Below are positions 12,401 through 24,400 of a stretch of DNA of 64,000 nt, piece after piece. The DNA is from Mobula birostris. Its lineage: Eukaryota. The notes under the pieces are model-generated. The model was given only the letters and a program-made list of their open reading frames with translations. It was not told where the DNA came from and searched no databases. Numbering within the stretch: the first letter of the stretch is position 1; the number at the start of each line of letters is the position of its first letter. The translations under genes were made by a program, and so were the position numbers. The stretch lies in assembly GCF_030028105.1 (NCBI RefSeq), contig NC_092370.1:187904005-187968004 (forward strand), given 5' to 3'.

Positions 12401-15400
12401 TAAGACCTTGGTTGAGCATTGTGCAACTAATGTCCTGAGCTGTGTACATTTCAATGCAAGTATTTTAGGAAAGGCAGATGAACTTGGGGCATTAATCAAC
12501 ACATGGAATTTTGATATTGTAGCCATTTTTGAGACTTGGTTGCAGAAAGGGCAGGACTGGCAGCTCAGTGTTCTGGGGTTCTGTTGTTTTAGACATGATA
12601 GAGCGGGGAAAGGTAGCATTACTGTTCAGGGAAATGTCATGACAGTGCTCAGTCAAGCCACACTGGAGAACTCATGAGTGGAAATAAGGAAATATGACCA
12701 CGTTAACGGGACTGTATTAGACCACCCAAAAGTCTGCAGGAATTAGAGGAACAAATTTGTAAAGACATTGTAGACTGTTGCAAGAAACAAAGTTGTTACA
12801 ATAGGTGATTTTAACTTTCCACATATTGACTGGGACTCTCATACTGTGAAAGAACTAGATGGGATAGAGTTTGTCAAATGTGTTCAGGAAAGATTCTTCA
12901 ATCAGCACATAGATTCCCAGTTAGAATCTGCTATTAGGGAATGAGACAGGGCAGGTGGCAGAAATTTGTGTAGGGAAACACTTTGCATCAAGTGATCATA
13001 ATGCCATTAGTTTCAAAGTAAATATGGAAAAATATAAATCTGGATGATGGGTTGAGATTCTAAATTGGACAAAGGCCAATTTTGATGGTATCAGAAAGGA
13101 TCTAGCAAGTGTGCATTTGGACAGGCTGTGCTCTGGCAAAGGTGTACTTGGTAAGGCCTTTAAAATTGAAATTTTCTCAGTACAAAGCTTGTATGTGCCT
13201 GTCAGAATAAAAGACAACAGGTTTAAGGAACTTCGGTTTTCAAGAGATATTGAGGTCCTGGTTAACCAAAAAAAAGGCCGTGCATAGCAGGAATAGGCAG
13301 GTAGGGACAAGTGCCACATTTACGGAGTTTAAGAAATGCAAGGGAACACTTCAGTCAGGAGGCTGAAAGGTGCATGGGTGCCCGAGCAGACAAGATGAAG
13401 GAGAATCCCAAGGGATTCTACAGCTATGTTAAGAGCAAAAGGATTGCAAGGGACAAAATTGGTCCTCTGGAAGATCCGAAAGGTAACTATGCATGGAGCC
13501 AAAATCAATGGAGATGATCAGAAATGGATTTTTTTCCCCATTTGTATTTACTCATGAGACAGACAGTCTATAGAAGTGAGGCAAAGTGAGGTTATGTACC
13601 TTCTATAGATTACAGAAGAGGTGTTTGCTGTTTTGAGGCAAATTAGGGTGTGTAAATCCCCAGGGCCTAACATGATGTTCCCTTAGACCCTGTGGGAGGT
13701 GTGCAGAAATTGCAGAGGCCCTAGCAGAGCTATTTAAAATCATCCTTGGTGATAGGTGAGGTACTAGAGGATTGGGGGAGATAACATTGTTCCATTGTTT
13801 AAGAAAAGCTTTAAAAAAAAATAAACTAGGAAATTATAGGCCAGAGTCTGACATCAATAGTGGGAAAGTTATTGAAAGGTATTCTAAGGGACCAGATATA
13901 CGAGTATTTGGATTGACATGGACAGATTAGGAATTGTCAGCATGGCTTTGTGTGTGGTAGGTCATGTTTTTGAGGAAGTTACTACGAAAGTTGATGAAGA
14001 CAAGGCAGTGGACATTGTCTACATGAACTTTAGCAAGGCATTTGACAAGGTCTCACATGGGAAGTTGGTCAAGCTGCCCAGCATCCAAGACAAGGTGGTA
14101 AATTGGATTGGACATTGGCTTTGTGGGAGATGCCAGAGTGGTTGCCTTTCTGACTGGAGTCCTGTGACTAGTGAAGTGCCGCAGGGATCAGTGCTGGGTC
14201 CATTGTTGTTTGTCATCTCTATCAATGATCTGGATGATAACGTCATCAACTGGATCAACAAATTTGCAGATGACACCAAGATTGAGGGTGCTGTGGACAG
14301 TGAAGACCATCACAGTTTGCAGTGGGATCAGGACCAGCTGGAAAAATGGCAGATAGAATTTAATGCAGACAAGCGCGAGGTGTTGCACTTCGGTAGGAAC
14401 AACCAGGGTAGGTCCATAATTAATTGAAGGTGGTGTCACAGGTAGATAGGGTCGTTAAGAAAGCTTTTGGCACATTGGCCATCAAAATCAATATACCAAG
14501 TACAGGAGATGGGACGTTATGCTGAAATTGTGTAAGACATTGGTGAAGCCCAATTTGGAATACTGTATGTAGTTCTGGTACTCTACCTACAGGAAAGATG
14601 TAAATAAGGTTGAAGGAGTAGAGAAAATTTACAAGGATGTTGCCAGGACTGGAAGACGCAAGTTATAAGGAAAGACTGAATAGATCTGGACTTTAGCCTT
14701 TGGAACATTGAAGATTGAGGGGAGATTTGATAGAGGTATACAAAATTATGAGGGGTACAACTAAGGTAAATGCAAGTAGGCTTTTTCTACTGAGATTGGG
14801 TGGCTACAAACAAGAGGTCATGGGTTAAATGTGAAAAGTTTAAGGGGAACATGAGGGAAAACTTCTTCACTCAATCAAGGGTCGTGAAAATGTGGAATGA
14901 GTTGCCAGCACAAGTGGTGCATGTCACGCTCGATTTCAATGTTTCAGAGGTTTGGATAGGTACATGGATCGTAGGCATATGGTCCAGGTGCAGGTCAATG
15001 GAAGTGAGTAGTTTAAATAGTTTGGCATGAACTATATGGGCCAAAGGGCCTGTTTCGGTACTGTACTTTTCAATGACCCTATGATAATAATATTCAGAGA
15101 CTTATTTAAGAATACACTGAGATTCAAGGGTGTAAAGAATTACCTGGAATATGAAATCTTTCCACAGGAAAGTTAGTAAGCAATTCAATGAGGCGGTCTT
15201 TCTCCTGGAGAAGTGTTTCTTTTAAGGAGTTCTCTCTGTTTCCCCTAGAGTTAAGTGCTTCAATCAGTTGATTCAATTGTTCTGGTGATGAATAAAAACA
15301 CCATCTATTCGGTTTGTTTATTGGTCTGTGCAATTCTGCTGCAGGGGTGAAATCAAGAATTTGTTCCTGTTCTGAGGTAGATGGCTGTAAAGATCGTGAA

Positions 15401-18400
15401 GGAGAAACTGAACAGTTTTTGTCCTGAGCAATGGGCTTTTCATTGTATGGCTCATGCTGCCTTTGGTCCATCTTCCCTGAAGTTCCATTCCCTGAGGATT
15501 CATTACCTTGTGCTTTATCGTAAATTTTATTTCCCTGAGACTCCAAAGTTTTATCTAAAGTTTTAACAGGACAAGGCTGTAACATGTCCTCCATTAATCC
15601 TTCATAATCTTCTTCCACAAATAATCCAGGCACAGAACTTAAGACCCAGTATCTACGATACATGCGGTCACGTCCCAAAGGGAGAATATTGGTGCATGAT
15701 GAGGCATTTTGAATTTTCCCTCCAAGTTCTCTCTCTTTTTTCAGCTGCTCAGATTTCAAAGCTTCCTCTTCCTCTGGACTTAAGATCTCCCTCTTTTCCA
15801 CTGTTGATTCTTCAGCTTCCTCAGGATTCCGCATACTCTTAAACCCAATTTGATTCTTCTTTCCTATAGGTACAAATTAAAATCCAAAATTTCCATGAAC
15901 ATTAAATACCACAGAATATTATAACTTGAAAAGGCAATTAGACACAGTCTCAGAGCTTACACTCCAATTACTGACATCTATACACATCTCTTTCAAGTAT
16001 CACATCAACTCTATCAACAAGTACAGAAACAAATAAATATTTGAGTTTTACAAATAAGTTATGAATCACCTTGGGAACATGCAATAACTCCTCTGCTGCT
16101 GTTGCGACACTGTTTTAGACACTTTTAATCTACATTGGAGAAAGCTGACAGCAACCAACTCAGAAGTGATCAAATTACCCTGTCAAATGCAGGGTAAAGA
16201 AAGGATAATATGGGGCAAATTAATAAACATGGTGAGGCTGATGGGTTCAAATGTGTTTATTTCAACACCAGGACTATAATACACGAGGATAAACTTAGTG
16301 CTGTGAACGGTACATAAAAATATGTTGTTGTTGGCACTGACTGCATGTGGGACAGGACTAGCAATTCAATGTTTCTCAGTCTTGTTTTATGAGATAGACA
16401 GGGTGGTTATAGAGGTGGAGTGGTTCAGTTCAGTTTTCGTTTGTCATTTAGAAATGCATGCATTAAAAAAATGATACAACATTCTTCCAGAATAATATCA
16501 CAAGAAAACACGGGACAAACCAAGACTAAAACTGACAAAACTACATAATTAAAACAAGTAGTTACAACAGTGCAAAGCAATACCATAATTTGATAAAGAG
16601 CAGACCATGGGCACAGTAAAAAAAAAAAAAGTCTCAAAGTCCCAATAGACTCATCATCCCATGCAGGTGGCAGAAGGGAGGAACTCTCCCTGCCATGAAC
16701 CCCCAAGCGCCGCCAACTCACTGATGCAGCACCACTGGAAGCACCCAACCGCAGCTGACTCCTAGTCCGTCCGAAAACTTCGAGCCTCCGACCAGCCCCT
16801 CCGAGCACCATCCTCTGCTGAGCGCTTCAACCCCGCCCGCCGAGCGACAAGCAAAGCCGAGGACTCGGGGCCTTCTCCTCCGGAGGCTCTGGACCACACA
16901 GTAGCCGCAGCAAAGCAGGAATTCCAGAAGTTTCACCAGATGTTCCTCGGTACTCTCATGTCCGCCTCCATCAAATCAGGATTGTGCATGTCACCCTACT
17001 TGACAAATAACAGACATCACCACCGGAGTGGCCGCTGCGACCTGCGTCGCACCGCCATCTTCCCCATCTTATCCCATCTGGGTTGCACTACAGATAGAGG
17101 TCATACTGGAGATCTCATCCACAGAGGCAATTTGGAGGGGGCTCAGAAATAAGAAAGGTGCAATTACACTGATGGCATACTAGAGGCTCCCCAAGAACCA
17201 CTGGGGTGGAGGAACAGATACAAACACAGATTATGGAAAGGCGCAGAGTCAATAGGGTTGTCATAGTGGGGGAAGTAGTGGTGGGTCTTCTTGAAAATAT
17301 TAATGCAAACAAGTCCCCACAGCCTAATGGCATATATCTCAGAATATTGAAAGAAATGAGATTGCTGGGTCCTTGACAAAGATCTTTGCGTCCTCAGTAG
17401 CAACAGGCAAAGTCCCAGACAACTGTTGTGTCTTTGTTCAAGAAAGGAAGTAAGAATAATCCAGATAATTATAGGCAAATGAATCTCAAGTCAGTGGTAA
17501 GGAAGCTATTGGAGAAGATTCTGAGAGAAAAGATTTACAAACATTGGAAAGCAGAGCAGGCAATTCTTTACAAACCTGATCAAATTTCTGAAGAGGTGAG
17601 AAACAAGTTTGATGAGGGCAAGGCAGTGGATATTATTTACATCAGGGGTTCCCAACCTTTTTTTATGACATTGACCAATACAATAAGCAAAGAGTTCGTG
17701 GACCCCAGATTGGGAACCGTTGACATACAAGGACTTTAATAAGGAGCAAAGATTGTTGAGGCTCCCTTCCATCCATTCCACAATTTCTTTGACCCACAAC
17801 TGCCATTGAGGTGGTACAACAGCATCACAACTTGGACTGCTAGACTGGATAACAATTTCTTCCCTCAGGCTGAGGTCTTGTCACTAGGGCAGCGAGACAT
17901 TTACTGCACTGTTTACCTGCGCTCTGCACTACGTGCACTTTGATTTATATTTTATGAACTTCTAGTGTTGGCGCATGGCCAAGTGGTAAGGCATTGGCCT
18001 AGTGATCTGAAGATCGCTAGTTCGAGCCTCAGCTGAGGCAGCGTGTTGTGTCCTTGAGCAAGGCACTTAACCACACATTGCTCTACGACGACACCGGTGC
18101 TAAGCTATATCAGCCCTACTGCCCTTTCCTTGGACAACATCGGTGGCGTGGAGAGAAGAGACTTGCAGCATGGGCAACTGTTGGTCTTCCATACAATCTC
18201 GCCCAGGCCTGCACCCTGGAAACCTTCCAAGGCACAAATCCATGGTCTCACGAGACTAACAGATGCCTAAGAAAGAAGGTAATATTTTGCTTTATGTGGT
18301 GTGTGTAAGTTTTACGGGTGCACTGTGGTCCAGAGGGTTGTTGTTTCCTTTGGTTGTATACACGTACAGTCAGATGATAATCTTGAAGGCATTTAATAGG

Positions 18401-21400
18401 TCTCTCATGGTAGGTCAGCTCACAAAATAAAGATGCAAAGGATTGAAAGCGAATTGTAAATTTGGATTCAGAACTGACTCGTCCATTGGTGAGAGAGAAG
18501 GGGTGGAAGGCTGTTATTCTCACTCACGGGCTATGACTAACATTCCCAATGTTCACTACTGAAACCTCTTGTTTATGATGTACATCAACAATTTGGATGA
18601 AAATGTAAATAGATGGATGGATTAGAAAGTTTGTAGATGACACAAAGATTAGTGGAGTTGTGGACAGTGTAAAGAACTTTCCAAGAATAGAGAAGGATAT
18701 AGATCAGTTACAGATATGGACAAAGAAGTGGCAAATGAGAGTTTAATTTAAGCAGGTTGCGGCACCCCTCCTGCACGGAAAAGAAAAAGAAACAGAACTT
18801 GCAAAACCCAACCACTCCCTTGCACAAAAGCTAACAGATCACCCACCCGGACACGGCAGCTAAAACAGCTAATCCCCTTAGACCTTGAAAAGATTCATTA
18901 CTCACTTAATTCGGACATGAATTTCCAAAAGGGGACCTTTTCTTGAATATTTTCATAATTCCCATTTATATTAAGGGTTTATCCCTTTTTTTTTTCTTTT
19001 GCATTTAAATCCCTTACTCCCAGCTTCTTTCCGTTAAGACTTACTGTTTTTTTTATGTGTAAACATATAGCTCAGGTAGTAGGCAATATACCTTCTTTTT
19101 ATAAATACAGCTCTGTAGTGATAAAAGTTCTGATTAACTTTTCTATATATCGTAACGTTGCTTTTGGAGTTGGGTAGTGGGAGGGTGGGGTGGTAACTAA
19201 CTTTATACAATTCTACTATGGGTGCTTTTCCTTAACTGTTATGAACTGTACATTTGATATGTTTGTTTTGCACTGTACAGTATAAACCTCTTACTGTTTT
19301 TTTTGTTGCATTGTAGAAACTTATAAAAAAAATCATAAAAACAGCAAATCCCTAACCTCACCCCCAAATCCACTCCCACACAAAGAAAACAATACCATCA
19401 AACACCAACCCCCTCACCCAAAAAAAAAACCAAATGTATTGCACACTCGCTAATTGGCAAAAAGAAAGAAAACAAAAAAAAATGAAGGAGACCAATATCA
19501 ACCACAGTCCACACTGATAATCGCATACGACTTGGAATTTCAAAAACATCCCCCGCCCGGAACAATAAGAGCAACAGCTTGAACTCAGTCCTTCCATGGG
19601 GTATGACCTCCAGCCTGACGCAGCCTCCCGCAGAGAACGACATCCAGATCAGTTCCACAGTTCACTGAAAGTGGCTACGCAAGTGGATAAGATGGTAGAT
19701 GTGTATGGCACACCTGCCTTCATTCTTAAGCACGTTGTGTACAAAAGTAAAGTCACGCTACAAATATATAAAACTTTAATTAGAGCACATGTGGAGTATT
19801 GGATACAGTTCTAGTCACCCCATTATAGGAAGGATGTGGAGACAAAGTGTGCAAAATGCTGCCTGGATTAGAGTACAAGTTGTAAGGAAGAGTTGTACAA
19901 ACTTCAATCAGAATCAGGTTTAATATCACCAGCATATTTTGTGAAATTTGTTAACTTCGCGCCGGCAATGCAATGCAATACACGACAATATAGGGGGGAG
20001 AAAAAGGAAATCAGTTACAATAAATAATGTATATACACATATTAAATAGTTAATTAAAAGTAATGCAAAAACAGAAATAATATTTTGAAAAAGAGGTAGT
20101 GTTCAATCACAAACAAGAGAAAATCTGCAGATGCTGGAAATCCAAGCAACACACAAAATGCTGGAGCACCTCAGGCCAGACAGCGTCTATGGAAAAGAGT
20201 AAATGGTTGACGTTTCAGGCTGAGACCCTTCCTCAGGACCCTCGCACACCAGATAGCCTGTCAGAATGATCTCCAAGGTACATCTGAAGTTTGAGTGTTT
20301 AAGGTGACAAACTAAATCTTTTCAAATTCTGAATGAAATATAGCCACTATCAATTCTTCATTATAGCTGTATCAATATGTTGGGATCAGGTATGATTCTC
20401 AGAGATCTTGACACCCAAGAACTTGAAATTGCTCAATGGATCCCTCATGAGAATTGTTTAGTGTTCCCTCATCTTGCCCTTCAAGTCCACAGTCAGCTCT
20501 TTGGTCTTACTGATGTTGAGTGCAAGGTTGTTTCTGTGACTCCACTCAACTAGCTGGTACATCTTGGTCCTATATGCCTTGTCTCCATCTGAGATTCTAC
20601 CAACAATGGCTGTATCATCAGCAAATTTTTTAGACGGCATTTGAGCTGTAACTAGCCACACAGTTATGGGTATAGAGGAAGTAGAGCAATGGGCGCCAGT
20701 ATTGATTGTCAGCGAGGAGGAGATATTATTACCAATCCACTTCTGGTTAGGAAGTCAAGGGTCCAATTGCAGAGGGAGATAGAGGCCCAGGTTTCTGAAG
20801 CTTATCGATCAGGACTGTAGGAATGATGGTATTAAAGGCAAAGTATGGTCAAGAAAAAGCATCCTGACATAGGTGTTTGTATTGTCCAGGTGATCTAGGG
20901 CCATGTGAAGGGCCATTGAGATTGCATCTGCCGTAGACCTATTGTGGCAATAGGCAAATGGCAGTAGGTCCAAGTCCTTGTAGAAGCAGGAGTTCACTCT
21001 AGTCTTTTCGTCATTGTAGATGTGAGTGCTACTTGAATGGTTCTCCCTAGATCATTGGGGGCTGAAGTGAGAACTGATAGGGGTTTTTCAAATTATGACA
21101 GGATTGCTACCCGTACCACGTGCGAGTGAGGCTAGAAATAGGAAGATAATGCAGCTAAATATGTGGCTAAGGAGTTGGTGCAGGAGGGAGGGCTTCATGT
21201 TTCTGGACAATTGGGCCTTATTCCAGGGAAGCTGGGCCCTGTTCCGATGGGACAGGTTGCACCTGAACTGGAGGGGGACTAACATCCTTGCAGGAAAGTT
21301 TGCTAGTGCTGCTCTGGGGGGTTTAAACTAGATTTGCAGGGGGAGGGGAACCGGAGTGTTAGAGCTGATAGTGAGGTGGAGGAGGATAACGGTCAGGAGA

Positions 21401-24400
21401 GAACTGCAAGTATAGAGCATGGAGTAAAGCCAGATCTAACATATAAAGAGGCTTTGATGAAAGGGAAACAGAATAAAGTGTGTAAAGGTAGTAAGGTAGA
21501 AGGGCTAAAGTGCGTGTAATTCAATGCAAGAAGCAACAGGAACAAAGGGGATGAACTGAGAGCTTGGATACATACATGGAATTATGATGTAGTGGCCATT
21601 GCAGAGACTTGGCTGGCAGCAGGGCAGGAACGGATTCTCAATATTCTTGGATTTCAATGCTTTAAAAAGGAAAGAGAGGGGGGGAAAGGGGAAGAGGTGT
21701 GGCATTACTGGTCAGGGATACTATTACAGCTACAGGAAGGGTGGGTAATGTAGCAGGATCCTCTTTTGAGTTAGTATGGGTGGAAGTCAGGAACAGGAAG
21801 GGAGCAGTTACTCTACTGGGCCTATAGAATACTCCCCCTGGTAGCAGCAGAGATACAGAGGAGCAGATTGGAAGGCAGATTTTGGAAAGGTGCAAAAATA
21901 ACAGGGTTGTTATCATGGGTGACTTTAACTTCCCTAATACTGATTGGCACCTGATTAGTTCCAAGGGTTTAGATGGGGCAGAGTTTGTTAAGTGTGTCCA
22001 GGATGGATTCCTGTCACAGTATGTGGACAGGCTGACCGGGGGAATGCCATACTAGATCTAGTACTAGGTAATGAACCGGGTCAGGTCACAGATCTCTCAG
22101 TGGGTGAGCATCTGGGGGTCAGTGACCACCGCTCCCTGGTCGTTACCACTATCATGGAAAAGGATAGAATCAGAGAGGACAGGAAAATTTTTAATTGGGG
22201 AAGGGCAAATTATGAGGCTATAAGGCTAGAACTTGCGGGTGTGAATTGGGATGATGTTTTGGCAGGGAAATGTACTATGGAAATGTGGTCGGTGTTTCGG
22301 GATCTTTTGCGGGATGTTAGGGATAAACTTGTCCCGGTGAGGAAGATAAAGAATGGTAGGGTGAAGGAACCATGGGTGACAAGTGAGGTGGAGAATCTAG
22401 TCAGGTGGAAGAAGGCAGCATACATGAGGTTTAGGAAGCAAGGATCAGATGGGTCTGAGGAGCAGCTGAGGAGAGCAAGAAGGGGGCATGAGAAGGCCTT
22501 GACGAGTAGGGTAAAGGAAAACCCCAAGGCATTCTTTAATTATGTGAAGAACAAAAGGATGACAGGAGTGAAGACAGGACCAATTAGAGATAAAGGTGGA
22601 AAGATGTGCCTGGAGGCTGTGGAAGTGAACAAAGTCCCCAATGAATACCTCTCTTTGGTATTCACCAATGAGAGGGAACTTGATGACGGTGAGGACAATA
22701 TGAGTGAGGTTGATGTTCTGGAGCATGTCGATATTAAGGGAGAGGAGGTGTTGGAGTTGTTAAAATACATTAGAACGGATAAGTCCCCAGGGCCTGAGGG
22801 AATATTCCCCAGGCTGCTCCACGAGGTGAGGGAAGAGATTGCTGAGCCTCTGGCTAGGATCTTTATGTCCTTGTTGTCCACGGGAATGGTAATGGAGGAT
22901 TGGAGGGAGGCGAATGTTGTCCCCTTGTTCAAAAAAAGTTCGTACGGATAGTCCAGGTAATTATAGACCAGTGAGCCTTACATCTGTGGTGGGAAAGCTG
23001 TTGGAAATGATTCTTAGAGATAGGATCTATGGGCATTCAGAGAATTATGGTCTGATCAGGACAGTCAACATGGCTTTGTGAAGTTCAGATCGTGTCTAAC
23101 AAGCCTGATAGAGTTCTTTGAGGTGGTGACCAGGCATATAGAAGAGGGTAGTGCAGTGGATGTGATCTATATGGGTTTTACAAGGCATTTGACAAGGTTC
23201 CACATGGTAGGCTCATTCAGAAAGTCAGAAGGCATGGGATCCAGGGAAGTTTGGCCAGGTGGATTCAGAATTGGCTTGCCTGCAGAAAGCAGAGGGTCGT
23301 GGTGGAGGGAGTACATTCGGATTGGAGGGTTGTGACTAGTGGTGTCCCACAAGGATTGGTTCTGGGACCTCTACTTTTCGTGATTTTTATTAACGACCTG
23401 AATGTGAGGGTAGAAGGGTGGGTTGGGAAGTTTGCAGACGACACAAAGGTTGGTGGTGTTGTAGATAGTGTAGAGGATTGTCGAAGATTGCAGAGAGACA
23501 TTGATAGGATGCAGAAGTGGGCTGAGAAGTGGCAAATGGAGTTCAACCTGGAGAAGTGTGAGGTGGTACACCTTGGAAGGACAAACTCCAAAGCAGAGTA
23601 CAAAGTAAATGGCAGGATATTTGGAAGTGTAGAGGAGCAGATACATGTCCACAGGTCCCTGAAAGTTGCCTCACAGATAGATAGGGTAGTTTAGAAAGCT
23701 TATGGAGTGTTAGCTTTCATAAGTCGAGGGATAGAGTTTAAGAGTCGCGATGTAATGATGCAGCTCTATAAAACTCTGGTTAGGCCACACTTGGAGTACT
23801 GTGTCCAGTTCTGGTCGCGTCACTATAGGAAGGATGTGGAAGCATTGGAAAGGGTACAGAGGAGATTTACCCCAGGCAGAGATTGAGGGAGCTAGGGCTT
23901 TACTCTCTGGAGAGGAGGAGGATGAGAGGAGACATGATAGAGGTATACAAGTGTACAAGTTTCCTTTTATATTTTATTCTCTATTAATTATAGTTCCAGT
24001 AATATCTATAAACTGTAAATCATTTAATCGTATCTGGTGTATTGTCTGTTATTTGGGCGGGGTGGGGTATATCACACAGCATCCACACAAACTAATTATC
24101 CAGTTTGGCGGGGCCGAGGGCTGTTTCCCTAGATGACAGCGAGCCGAGCGACCCCGAGGCTGGCCAGGGGGGCTACACAAGTTATTAAGAGGAATAGATA
24201 GAGTGGAGAGCCAGCACCTCTTCCCCAGGGCACCACTGCTCAATACAAGAGGACATGGCTTTAAGGTAAGGGGTGGGAAGTTCAAAGGGGATATTAGAGG
24301 AAGGTTTTTTACTCAGAGAGTGGTTGGTGCATGGAATGCACTGCCCGAGTCAGTGGTGGAGGCAGATACACTAGTGAAGTTTAAGAGACTACTAGACAGA

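Noticed and set aside
17965-18040. tRNA-like A/B boxes (also at ~48660-48727 and ~63781)
   Set aside because: No cloverleaf; these are SINE heads or fragments, not tRNA genes.
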